This document shows positions 11,259 through 20,526 of a stretch of DNA of 64,000 nucleotides, piece by piece (position 1 is the stretch's first letter; every line of letters starts with the position of its first letter). The notes beneath the pieces are model-generated. The model was not told the DNA's origin, ran no database searches, and worked only from the letters and a program-made list of their open reading frames with translations. This DNA comes from Candidatus Hydrogenedentota bacterium. GTDB taxonomy: Bacteria > Hydrogenedentota > Hydrogenedentia > Hydrogenedentales > SLHB01. The stretch covers positions 256,001 through 320,000 of the forward strand of contig CAXXTH010000018.1 of assembly GCA_963668025.2 (NCBI GenBank), in the 5' to 3' direction. The position numbers and the translations under genes are program-made.

Positions 11259-11496
11259 TGCTTGCTCCCTTCTTTACTCCATGTTTCCCAGCATAGTCCC
11301 CAATTTTTTCTTGCCCGTTCAGCGCAAACTGGACACCTGCTGGATAGTTCACAGGCCACAAACAGTTATAACCCATCCGCTGGGATTATTTCATAGAGTA
11401 TCGACTTAAAGCTACACTCATGACCCAGAAGTCCAGGGCTTACGCATCTAATAGTGCTCAAGAGTCGATTTATCCTGTTGTGCATGATTTTTTCTG

Positions 11497-11796
11497 TCAA
11501 CGTGGCCTGGGATTTTTCGCTTGGGGGAAGGTCTTTGCGCGCTCACGGCGGGTTTGCTTGACGACTTCGTCCACGTAGCGTTCAGCCAGCTTCATGAAAG
11601 CCTGGTAGCCATTGATGGCCTCTTTTAGGAACTCGGTTTCGCGCGCCGGCACATAGCGAACCACGTTCTTCTCGTTCTCCCAGCTCTGGTGGTTAAAGTG
11701 GGGACGCCCGCCCATTTGACAGAGCTTTCCGCGCTCCATCCGCTCAATCTGCGCCATGCGCTCCAGCAATGCTTGCATCTTTTTGGTGTGCTTCAT
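11497..11796 (-). CDS. Small basic protein inside ISAs1 (resembles IS-associated DUF6788-type proteins)
   Basis: 99-aa ORF (MERGKL..., KNVVRYVP, C-terminal helix) entirely between the IS IRs. Confidence 0.6.
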   Translation of the reverse strand: MKHTKKMQALLERMAQIERMERGKLCQMGGRPHFNHQSWENEKNVVRYVPARETEFLKEAINGYQAFMKLAERYVDEVVKQTRRERAKTFPQAKNPRPR

Positions 11797-11867
11797 GGAT
11801 TTTAATATATAGAATTCTATATACTAGAGTCAACAGTGCTTCGGCGCATGAATGAAAGGAGCACCCC

Positions 11868-13025
11868 ATGACCGCTGAAAAGAAATCCCTGCCCAAGCCC
11901 AAGCCTATTATCGAGTGTTTCGCGGGCCTGCCTGATCCCCGCATGGACCGGACCCGCAGGCACAACTTCATTGACATCTTGGTGATTGGGCTATGCTCAG
12001 CCCTCGTGGGCGGAGAGAGCTTTTCGGATATGGAGCGCTTCGGCCGGCTCCGGGAGGATTGGCTGAAGGGCTTCCTGGAATTGCCCGGCGGCATCCCCTC
12101 GCACGACACCTTCAACCGGGTCTTTTCCGCCCTCGACCCCCATGCCTTTCTGGAATGCTTCGGCCAATGGGTGCAGGGCATTTGCCCCAATCTGAGCGAT
12201 GAGGTCGCCGCCATTGACGGCAAAGCCCTGCGGCGCGCCTTGAATCAGGGGGAGGCCATCCCCTACATCGTCAGCGCATGGGCTTGCGAGCACGGCCTGG
12301 CGCTGGGGCAGGTCAAGGTGGACGAGAAATCCAACGAAATCACCGCCGTCCCCAAACTCCTCAACGCCTTAAAGCTCAAGGGAGCCATCGTCACCCTGGA
12401 CGCCATGGGCTGCCAGAAGGATATCGCCTCCCACATTATCCAACGGCAGGCCGACTACGTGCTGGCCCTCAAAGGCAACCACGCCACCGCCCTAGAAGAA
12501 GTGAAGGCCTTTTTCAAGGACGCCGTTCCCCCTTGCGCCACCCAGTGCGCGCCAACAGCCGACGCCACACGGATGGATTTCCACCAGACCATCGACAAGG
12601 GGCATGGCCGCATCGAAACCCGCCGATACTGGCAATCCACCGACTTGGGCTGGTTCGAGGACAAAGGACTTTGGAAGGGCCTCAAGAGTTTCGGCATGGT
12701 CGAGTCCATCCGCAAGGAAAAAGGGAAGAACACCATCGAGCGGCGCTACTACTTGAGCAGCCTGCCCCTCGACGCACGACGATTCGCCCACGCCGTGCGT
12801 GGACACTGGGGCGTGGAAAACAATTTGCACTGGTGCCTAGACATTATCTTTCGCGAAGACGACAACCGCGCCCGAACAAGAAACGCCGCCCAGAATCTCG
12901 CCTCCTTGAGGAGAATTACACTCAACCTCCTCAAGAAAGACAAGACCAACAAAGATTTCCTCAGGGGCAAGCGCTTCGCTGCTGCACTCGACCCCGAATA
13001 CCTTCTACGTTTACTGGGAATTTAG
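11868..13025 (+). CDS. ISAs1-family transposase
   Basis: DPR, GIPSHDTF.RVF, AIDGK, KSNEITA.P.LL, DAMGCQ, LKGN, HGRIETR, HWGVEN.LHW motifs. Confidence 0.97.
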   Translation: MTAEKKSLPKPKPIIECFAGLPDPRMDRTRRHNFIDILVIGLCSALVGGESFSDMERFGRLREDWLKGFLELPGGIPSHDTFNRVFSALDPHAFLECFGQWVQGICPNLSDEVAAIDGKALRRALNQGEAIPYIVSAWACEHGLALGQVKVDEKSNEITAVPKLLNALKLKGAIVTLDAMGCQKDIASHIIQRQADYVLALKGNHATALEEVKAFFKDAVPPCATQCAPTADATRMDFHQTIDKGHGRIETRRYWQSTDLGWFEDKGLWKGLKSFGMVESIRKEKGKNTIERRYYLSSLPLDARRFAHAVRGHWGVENNLHWCLDIIFREDDNRARTRNAAQNLASLRRITLNLLKKDKTNKDFLRGKRFAAALDPEYLLRLLGI

Positions 13026-13307
13026 ATGCGTAAGCCCTGCCCAGAAGTCCTGGGCCACGCCGGAGTGACGCCTAGGATGGCATACTGCCTGTGTTCCTGC
13101 ATGCGGCCGAGTATGAAATAGGCCATCCAGCCATATGAACATGCCGCGATAAGTTAAAAATCGAGCCGGAGCTCCGAGCCGGCTTCGCGAATTCAATGAA
13201 TGTGCATAGATTACAGCTATCTTCTATAATGCAGTCAAACTCAATAAAAAGGAGGCTCGATATCATGTATTTTGAGTGGTTGTGCGATAAAGCTGCCGTA
13301 ACGTTTA

Positions 13308-14429
13308 ATGAGTAAACACCCCATGCCCCAACGCCCCTTTCAATTGCTCATCAAGCCTGTTGGCGCGGATTGCAACATGAGGTGCGCATATTGTTTCTAT
13401 CTACGCGCGGAAGAATTGTATGCCGAATCGGGCCGCCGTTGCATGTCCCCCGAAGTGCTTGAATGCATCATTCGCGGCCTAATGGGCTACCGCTTCGCCG
13501 AGACCGTGTTTTCCTGGCAAGGCGGCGAACCTACGCTGGCAGGATTGGATTTCTACCATCGCGCCGTGGAATTGGAACAGCAGTATGGCGCACCCGGGCA
13601 GGCCGTAGGCAATGCCTTTCAAACCAATGGCTTTCTCATTGACGACGCATGGTGCCGCTTTTTCAACCAGTTCAAATTCCTCATCGGCTTGAGCCTGGAC
13701 GGCCCGGCGGAGATGCATGATCTGCACCGGCGCAATGCCGCAGGCATGGGCTCATGGGAGCGGGCCATGTCCGCCGCCGAACGGATGCGCGCCCATGGCG
13801 TCGAATTCAACATCCTGTGCGTGGTGAACCGGGACAATGTCCGGCTGGGCGCGGACCTCGTGCGCTGGTTTGTGGAACAAGGCTTTTTTCATCTCCAATT
13901 GATCCCCTGCGTCGAGCGGGATTCGCCGTTCAATGTCCCACCCGAGGATTATGGCGCATTCTTGTGCGATATCTTCGATTATTGGTCAAAGGAAGGGCTG
14001 GGCCGCGTGTCGATCCGTGAATTCGATAGTTTGCTGGCGGCGCGGGCGGGCGAAGCAGGGGCGATGTGTACGTTCGCGGACCGCTGCAATTCGTACATTG
14101 TCATTGAACATGACGGAAGCGTCTACCCGTGCGACTTCTTTGTTTATGACGAATGGCGTCTGGGAAACGCCATGGACGCCTCCCTACATACCTTCCTCGA
14201 ACATCCCCGTTATAAGGAATTCGCCTACCAAAAAGATAAAGTGGCCTCGTGCAGGGGATGCGCTTGGCGCGCCTTATGCCACGGCGGATGCCAAAAAGAT
14301 CGGCGGGCGGCGGGCGGCCCGGGGGAGCGCACCGCGTTATGCGGTGCATACCAGCGCTTTTTCGCCCACGCCGCGCCACGGCTCAATGCCCTGGCCAAAC
14401 GGGTGCGCACGCGCCGGAGCGGACGTTAA
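13308..14429 (+). CDS. Anaerobic sulfatase maturase (radical SAM/SPASM)
   Basis: IKP...CNMRCAYCFY, WQGGEPTLAG, QTNG, SLDGP, VYPCDF and C-terminal CxxC..CxGGC. Confidence 0.92.
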   Translation: MSKHPMPQRPFQLLIKPVGADCNMRCAYCFYLRAEELYAESGRRCMSPEVLECIIRGLMGYRFAETVFSWQGGEPTLAGLDFYHRAVELEQQYGAPGQAVGNAFQTNGFLIDDAWCRFFNQFKFLIGLSLDGPAEMHDLHRRNAAGMGSWERAMSAAERMRAHGVEFNILCVVNRDNVRLGADLVRWFVEQGFFHLQLIPCVERDSPFNVPPEDYGAFLCDIFDYWSKEGLGRVSIREFDSLLAARAGEAGAMCTFADRCNSYIVIEHDGSVYPCDFFVYDEWRLGNAMDASLHTFLEHPRYKEFAYQKDKVASCRGCAWRALCHGGCQKDRRAAGGPGERTALCGAYQRFFAHAAPRLNALAKRVRTRRSGR

Positions 14430-14433
14430 GCGC

Positions 14434-16353
14434 CTACGTATTCACGCCTACGGCGAGGAGCGTAGGCAGGGTGATGCGCCCGGCGCTGGTCACAAAATCA
14501 TCTATAAATTCCGCCAACTCGACTTGCGTGAAGAATTGCCCCATGAGCGCCCGCAGGCTCGCGGCGGTGAACCGCTGGAAATGCTCATTGATATCTTCGT
14601 GGCCCAGCAGGTTATTTGGCACGGATACAATCACCACCCGGCCCACGCGGGCCAATTCGGCCAGCACGGCGCCTGGATGCTGGAAGTGTTCGAGAAACTC
14701 GGTAGCCACGGCAACATCCACACTCTGGCTTGCGAAGGGGATGTAAGGCGCCTGGGCTGCCACGCCATGGATGCCGTGTGCGGCGCGCATCGCCCGCACA
14801 GCAGCGTCACTAATGTCAAGCCCGTAAACAACATTACCCGCATCACGTATTTGGGCCGCTAGAACTCCCAGGCCGCATCCCACATCGAGCACGCGCTTTC
14901 CCGCGCCGATGACTTCGCAAACCATGTGGAAACAAGTTGGATACCGCCGCCAGGTGTCCGCCCCCTCGGCCTTCCATACGGCGTTCCAGTATTCGCGCGT
15001 ATTCGTATTCTCCTGCTCGGACGCAAGCTCCCCTGGCTTTACAGCTTCAAGATTCACCTGCGCCGAGTGAAACCAGGGAACCAGCGCCAATGCGCGCTCG
15101 AAACAGGCTCGCGCCGAGGCCGTATCGCCAAGAGCATTCTGCGCCACGCCCGCATCATTGTGCAGCACATGGTCAAACGGATCCGCTTCGAGTCCAGCCG
15201 CAAACAGGCGCAATGCCCCCAAGATGTCGCCCGCGCAAAACGCCGCTTCCCCTTCCACTCGCGCCTGGAAAGCCTCGATGCGCTTGCGCACCTCTGGCGC
15301 CGTCGGCGCTATGGCCGCCGCCTGGTCGAGCTGCGCGCGCACGCCATCCTGGTCTTCCAGCAGATCGAGCACGCGCGCCAGGGAAAGGCGCGCCACGACC
15401 AAGCGCGGCGATGCCGCGAGAACCGCCTCGAGCATGCGCCGCGCCGTTTTCATATCGCCTTCGAACATCGCTACGTGGGCAAGGCGCAGCTTTACCTGGG
15501 AGCCTGCAGGTTCTGACTTGGACAGCGGGGCCAGCGCGTTGCGCACGCCAACCACATCGCCACGTTTGAACAGCAAATCCGCTAGAGCTATGGCCGCATC
15601 TGGAAAAGACGGTGCGAGACGCACCGCACGGCGCAAGGCTTCTTCACACTCGGGTTCATCACTGCCCTGCAAGCAAGCCCCTATCTCATACCACGCCTTG
15701 GCGTCATTGGGATTTTCCGCTGCTTTGCGGCGTCCAATGGCCAGATACCGCTGCACCTTGGCGTCATATCCATCTAACCCGGAACGGTATCCATAATGGT
15801 GGACCAATACCGCTTCACGCCGGATACGCCCGCCTTGCGCCCGCACGCTCTCTTCGATGATTTCATGGATGCGCCCTCGATAATAGTAGCCGCGCCGGTT
15901 GCGGAACATGCGGTGGGCGGGCACGGCGACATATCCCGCATGCCCACGCGCTAGGGGATCATTCAATTCACAGGCCACCCAGCGCCATGAAGCAGAGGTG
16001 TCCACATAGTTCGCCTGAATCACCTCGATGACATCCGCGCCCGCCCCATCCCGGTCCGCCAATTCACGCAACCGGCGCGCCCCAGCCGCGTCAAGGGCTT
16101 CATCGGCGTCCAGCATAAGCAGCCAATCGCCCGTTGCTTTCGCCATACAGGCATTGCGCGCCGCCGCGAAATCATCGGCCCACGGGAGAGAGAACACCAT
16201 GGCCCCGTAACGCTGGGCTATCGCCACGGTTCCATCCGTCGAGCCCGTGTCGGCAATGACCATTTCGTCCACGATGCCTCGCACGCTATCAAGGCAATCG
16301 GCCAGGCATCGCTCTTCATTCTTGACGATCATGAACAGGCTGAGACTCGGCAT
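14434..16353 (-). CDS. GT2 glycosyltransferase - TPR - SAM methyltransferase fusion
   Basis: LSLFMIVKNEE, DTGSTD, DFAAARN, LDADE, GRIHE, HYGY; TPR helices; VLDVGCGLG and EFLEH; start set at MPSLSL. Confidence 0.85.
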   Translation of the reverse strand: MPSLSLFMIVKNEERCLADCLDSVRGIVDEMVIADTGSTDGTVAIAQRYGAMVFSLPWADDFAAARNACMAKATGDWLLMLDADEALDAAGARRLRELADRDGAGADVIEVIQANYVDTSASWRWVACELNDPLARGHAGYVAVPAHRMFRNRRGYYYRGRIHEIIEESVRAQGGRIRREAVLVHHYGYRSGLDGYDAKVQRYLAIGRRKAAENPNDAKAWYEIGACLQGSDEPECEEALRRAVRLAPSFPDAAIALADLLFKRGDVVGVRNALAPLSKSEPAGSQVKLRLAHVAMFEGDMKTARRMLEAVLAASPRLVVARLSLARVLDLLEDQDGVRAQLDQAAAIAPTAPEVRKRIEAFQARVEGEAAFCAGDILGALRLFAAGLEADPFDHVLHNDAGVAQNALGDTASARACFERALALVPWFHSAQVNLEAVKPGELASEQENTNTREYWNAVWKAEGADTWRRYPTCFHMVCEVIGAGKRVLDVGCGLGVLAAQIRDAGNVVYGLDISDAAVRAMRAAHGIHGVAAQAPYIPFASQSVDVAVATEFLEHFQHPGAVLAELARVGRVVIVSVPNNLLGHEDINEHFQRFTAASLRALMGQFFTQVELAEFIDDFVTSAGRITLPTLLAVGVNT

Positions 16354-16547
16354 CTGTTGGCGGACTCCTCTTCCCCATGGTTTCAGAATAGCTTCAGCAT
16401 ACCAATTGCCCCGAATGGCCACAAATGAGCACATGCACGATAACGTTATGCGCTGGATACGCCCGCGCCTTTTTCCACCACGGGGACACGGGGAAGCACG
16501 GAGAATTGAATAGCACTCAACAATGAGTGCGAAAAAGCACGGTGAAG

Positions 16548-16623
16548 AATGACCGGCGGGGGTGCTGGTCCCACACATTGCTTACTAGAAAAAAGTGTGG
16601 GACCGACGCCCTCGTCGGTCATT
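16548..16623. repeat. Inverted REP-like doublet (GTGGGACC family)
   Basis: 29-nt arms 16548-16576 and 16595-16623 (GTGTGGGACCGACGCCCTCGTCGGTCATT), 24/29 complementary, each arm internally palindromic. Confidence 0.7.
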
Positions 16624-16882
16624 ACATGGAATATGGCGTTTCAATACCGATGCAATACAATAAACAAGGCAAAAAACCTCAGATGCTGCTTCAGTTAGTT
16701 AAAGTGTTACGAAATCTATAATACCAGGGAATACAGCATGCCTTCCCCGCGCCTCCCCGTATCCCGGGGCGAAAAAATAACTGCATAAGTCTATTTCTAC
16801 TTTAGGTGTAACACTGTTATTACTGATCACGTAAAAATATATCATGTGTACGTATTGAAGAAATAATGTAAAACCGCCTCCC

Positions 16883-16948
16883 TGTCATCCCCGCGAACGC
16901 GGGGATCCAGAGAATTTGCACTGGATTCCCGCTTTCGCGGGAATGACA
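16883..16948. repeat. Palindromic repeat of the GTCATCCCCGCGAANGCGGGGATCCAG type (dRS3/RPE-like doublet)
   Basis: TGTCATCCCCGCGAACGCGGGGATCCAG-10 nt-CTGGATTCCCGCTTTCGCGGGAATGACA. Confidence 0.8.
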
Positions 16949-17248
16949 ACGAGGTAGTTTACGTTTTTTTTTAGAACGGATGCTATTAGTCGGTGGGGCA
17001 AATCCACCATGTATTTTGGTTCATCCGCGCACCCAAGAACGGCTCCAAATAAGTTACGGCTATCACTCGGTAAGACGAATGGAGCGGTAATAACAGAGCT
17101 GCACTCTATGCTATCACGTCCCGCGCCCAGTTGTTTACCGGGCAAGTGGCAATAGTATTTTGACTATTGCGCAACAAACTTCATTGATATAAACTAGCAT
17201 ACGGTTCAGATTGGGATTGCGGGCCAAAATATAAAGAAGGGTTTTAGT

Positions 17249-17647
17249 ATGAAAATGACGTATTACATTCTGAATATCGATATCTACAAGATTCATCTGC
17301 ACGTAAATAATGATGATGACAAGACATTCGAAGTTCTTAATGAGGCGGAAGATCATGGGATAAAACTGGGGGGAACCTACTCTGCCCTAAAACACAAACC
17401 GCATACTGTCAACAATGATTACCACTTGCACATTAGAAATAAAGGAACGGAAATAGCCGCCCTAAATTTTGACGGGACGGCACATGATGGTTATCACAAC
17501 TTTAGACTTCCGAATACTGTTGTAAAAGGAATACAGAAGTGTTTCCCGAAGTGTAATATACCATCAAACGGACTCATAGAGACCGCGTCTAGCAGTATAC
17601 AACAAGAGTTTGCGCTTCTCTTTAAGGGTGTCTTGAATGAGGATTAA
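17249..17647 (+). CDS. Hypothetical His-rich protein in a low-GC patch
   Basis: 132-aa ATG ORF with HLHI...ALNFDGTAHDG motif; AT-rich. Confidence 0.65.
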   Translation: MKMTYYILNIDIYKIHLHVNNDDDKTFEVLNEAEDHGIKLGGTYSALKHKPHTVNNDYHLHIRNKGTEIAALNFDGTAHDGYHNFRLPNTVVKGIQKCFPKCNIPSNGLIETASSSIQQEFALLFKGVLNED

Positions 17648-17893
17648 GCAGACAGAACAACCATTATTATTTTCTGACATTGTTTGATATGTTAATCTTT
17701 AATATAATATATTGATTATCTCGTGTTGCCATGGGATATATTAAATTGCAGGATGTCAAGCCAAAGAGCTTACACATCGAATTCTGGATGACGAGAGAAA
17801 CGGCATTACCTTAACTTTTTTGGAAGAAACTTGAAGTAATACTATTAAACACTGGAGGCGTTAGTCGAGTTAATCCGAGGAGAAAGTATTACA

Positions 17894-18133
17894 ATGACAA
17901 GCTCAGTATGGGAAAGCAAAGTCGAAAGTGCAAAGAATGCGGCAACCATGTATGCTCAAAACATGAAAAATCCGTTTCATAGCAGCACCATCGAGAAGAT
18001 TGACCCCGAGGATGAAAATGCAACCGTGTATTATGTGCTTGTAAAGAACGGCACAGGGCTCGGAAAAATTGGAGTGAAGGTTGAGTTCCATGAACTGGGA
18101 AATTCAATTCTTATTATCCGAGATAAGCCGTAA
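17894..18133 (+). CDS. Small hypothetical protein
   Basis: 79 aa; GAGGAG RBS upstream; AT-rich. Confidence 0.55.
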   Translation: MTSSVWESKVESAKNAATMYAQNMKNPFHSSTIEKIDPEDENATVYYVLVKNGTGLGKIGVKVEFHELGNSILIIRDKP

Positions 18134-18165
18134 TCTAATACGAAAAGTATTATTCTGCGCATGAA

Positions 18166-18733
18166 AAAGATACGTCTTCTTGTGGGATGAGGCTCTTGTC
18201 CGCCAGGATCTCACGGAATATACGGTCGAATATACTCGCTTGAACAGCCAGGAGCACAGACGGTCTGGGCTATTGCAGTCGAGAATCATAAAAGAAATCT
18301 CTGCCTGCGCCAACCAGATGGCTCCGTCGAAGCCTTGGCTACACATGATACTAATTATTTTGAACATATGCTCCTGGTTGCACTGAATGACTTAGGCCAA
18401 GTCGCGTGGTTGGGCAAAAATGATGAAGGCACGCCGACGGTCTACCTGCGCGGCCCCGTGGACACCCTCACGGACACGGACGGCGATGCGCGGTCCGACG
18501 CCATCGAGGGCAAGGGGGATGACAAAGCGGCCAGCCGCGATACGGATGGCGATACCACGCCGGATTATCTGGACCTCGATAGCGACAACGACGGCTTGCC
18601 GGACACCTATGATCCCACGGCCTACGATATGGACAATCCCACCCCGCTACCCCTCACCACTGCACCGCTGGCGCTGGTTTTAACGGTTGTATGTGTATGG
18701 CGTAGAAAAACGAAAACATCAACCATTCGTTGA
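18166..18733 (+). pseudogene. 5'-truncated, frameshifted paralogue of the 18761..20272 secreted protein
   Basis: FLWDEALVRQDLTEYTVEYTRLNS (one frame) then LRQPDGSVEAL...VALNDLGQVAW (shifted frame) align to the neighbour's C-terminal third. Confidence 0.8.
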
Positions 18734-20202
18734 ACGTTTTTTATGAAAAGGGGATGTGATATGAAAAGGCAGTTTGTAATAATGATGGTCTGCTTGTCCG
18801 CGATAACCGGAACCGCTTGGTCGGAAGATATTACCATCGAAATCGGGCCGTACGAGGGCTCCATTTTCTTATCGCCCGTTGGGGATGTATTTTGTGCATG
18901 GAAGGACCTTGCGCGTGGCGACTATACGCCGCATCTATATGTCTGGCGGCTTTCACGCGGGGTTCAAGACATCGGAGATATACTCGACAAAATACGCCAT
19001 CATGTTAGTGAAGTTACAGTCCCCACGGTCATCTTTGGCGGTGGATATGCCACTTGGCAGCGCATCATTAAAGATAGTGCCTTGCATCCACCAGTGGTCC
19101 GGGATCCAGCAGGTGCGCTCCATGAGCTTCCTTTTTCTGGTTATACCTATAGCATCAATGGTTCTGGTGAATTAGTTGGGAGTGAAGAAAAAAATTTTGT
19201 ATATTCTGCCTTTGCCTGGAGCCTGCTTGGCGGACTGAGCATGCCACCGTATGCTGGTGCGGATTATTCCTTTGGATGCTCCGTAAACGAATCCGGCGAT
19301 ATAGCAGGCATTGCACAGACTGGAGACGATACCCACACCGTCATTTGGATGAAAGATGGAACCCAACTCGATTTGGGCTCTGGAGGCACAGCGAATCTTT
19401 ACAATTCGCCATTACTGAATGATGCAGACACATCGCTATTTCTTGGGACGGATGAGTCAAAAAATCCTAAGCTTTTATATAGGCAATCGAATGGCGTTGT
19501 ACACGATCTGGGCAATAAGGCTGACAACAGCAACGGACGTTACATTCTACGCTTGAATGATGCGGGATTAGCGGTGTGGAACCGTGTAACGGAGGCCGGA
19601 AATCGGCAAGCCGTGGCGTGGGATCCCGTGAATGGGCTCATGGAGATTACGCCTGACGAGGCTGGCGATGCTTACGTTACCGATCTGAACGAGGCAGGCC
19701 AAGTCGTGGGCACCTGGAAGGGCAAAGCGTTTGTATGGGATCAGACAAATGGCTTGCATATACTTACCGAAAATAATGGCGTCCAGTATGTGAGAATAGA
19801 TAGTCTGGGACGAATTGCCTGGTGCCAGTATGGCTATGTGATTTATTTGCGGCAGCCGGATGGCTCCGTTGAGACTCTATCGACGCTAGATAGCAATTAT
19901 AATGAATACGCGCCCATTGTTGCGCTAAACGACTTAGGCCAAGTCGCCTGGTTGGGCAAAAATGATGAAGGCACGCCCACGGTCTATCTGCGCGGCCCCG
20001 TGGACACCCTCACGGATACGGACGGCGATGCGCGGTCCGACGCCATCGAAGGCAAGGGGGATGACAAAGCGGCCAGCCGCGATACGGATGGCGATACCAC
20101 GCCGGATTATCTGGACCTCGATAGCGACAACGACGGCTTGCCGGACGCCTATGATCCCACGGCCTACGATATGGACAATCCCACTCCGCTACCCCTCGCC
20201 AC
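18377..20202 (+). repeat. ~284-bp direct repeat (18377-18660 and 19919-20202)
   Basis: Near-identical sequence at offset 1542 encoding VALNDLGQVAWLG...DMDNPTPLPL. Confidence 0.9.
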
Positions 20203-20272
20203 CACGCCGCTCATCCTGGCTTTGGCGGCCACCATGGTGTGGCGCAGGAAAAAACTACCGGTGGCGTCCTAG
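18761..20272 (+). CDS. Secreted repeat protein (HAF-like extracellular repeats, Asp-rich Ca-binding motifs, C-terminal TM anchor)
   Basis: Signal peptide; (I/L)N..G..VG...AF.W repeats; DTDGD/DSDNDG; TM followed by WRRKK. Confidence 0.85.
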   Translation: MKRQFVIMMVCLSAITGTAWSEDITIEIGPYEGSIFLSPVGDVFCAWKDLARGDYTPHLYVWRLSRGVQDIGDILDKIRHHVSEVTVPTVIFGGGYATWQRIIKDSALHPPVVRDPAGALHELPFSGYTYSINGSGELVGSEEKNFVYSAFAWSLLGGLSMPPYAGADYSFGCSVNESGDIAGIAQTGDDTHTVIWMKDGTQLDLGSGGTANLYNSPLLNDADTSLFLGTDESKNPKLLYRQSNGVVHDLGNKADNSNGRYILRLNDAGLAVWNRVTEAGNRQAVAWDPVNGLMEITPDEAGDAYVTDLNEAGQVVGTWKGKAFVWDQTNGLHILTENNGVQYVRIDSLGRIAWCQYGYVIYLRQPDGSVETLSTLDSNYNEYAPIVALNDLGQVAWLGKNDEGTPTVYLRGPVDTLTDTDGDARSDAIEGKGDDKAASRDTDGDTTPDYLDLDSDNDGLPDAYDPTAYDMDNPTPLPLATTPLILALAATMVWRRKKLPVAS

Positions 20273-20313
20273 CGTTCTCCAGGCGTTTACATAAGAAATA
20301 CATGCATCTCATA

Positions 20314-20340
20314 TGGACTGCGGCAGCTTGCTGCCGCTTT
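20314..20340. repeat. Single REP-like unit TGGACTGCGGCAGCTTGCTGCCGCTTT (may act as terminator)
   Basis: Same family as 45421-45504 and 50744-50829; followed by a T-run. Confidence 0.75.
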
Positions 20341-20526
20341 TTTTTTATTCTCTTTTGTTACCTTAACCCGCTTTCAGCCCTGTGGCTTGAAAGTTGCACA
20401 AAGCATACAATGCGTTGGCTGCCCAGCGCTTGAGGTTTGGATTGCTTGGCGGCGGGCGAGTCCCTATAATCAACACGCCTGGAGGTGGGACATTTGGCGG
20501 CGGCGTAATAGCAGCAAGAGGTTCGG

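Larger units (their letters stand above)
11434..13039 (+). mobile_element. ISAs1-family insertion sequence, 1606 bp, with an extra divergent ORF
   Basis: Perfect 18-bp IRs CAGGGCTTACGCATCTAA; 10-bp TSD CCCAGAAGTC at 11424-11433 and 13040-13049. Confidence 0.95.

Noticed and set aside
16354-16578. 75-aa N-terminal extension of the GT2 fusion
   Set aside because: Runs into a REP-like palindrome; the GT2 domain starts at MPSLSL with a GAGGAG RBS.
17805-17880. attC site before ORF 17894 (GCGTTAG followed by an RBS)
   Set aside because: No matching RYYYAAC/GTTRRRY pair with an internal palindrome, and no integrase.
18377-20202. 284-bp repeat as a DGR template/variable repeat
   Set aside because: Differences are mostly synonymous third-position changes, not adenine-specific.
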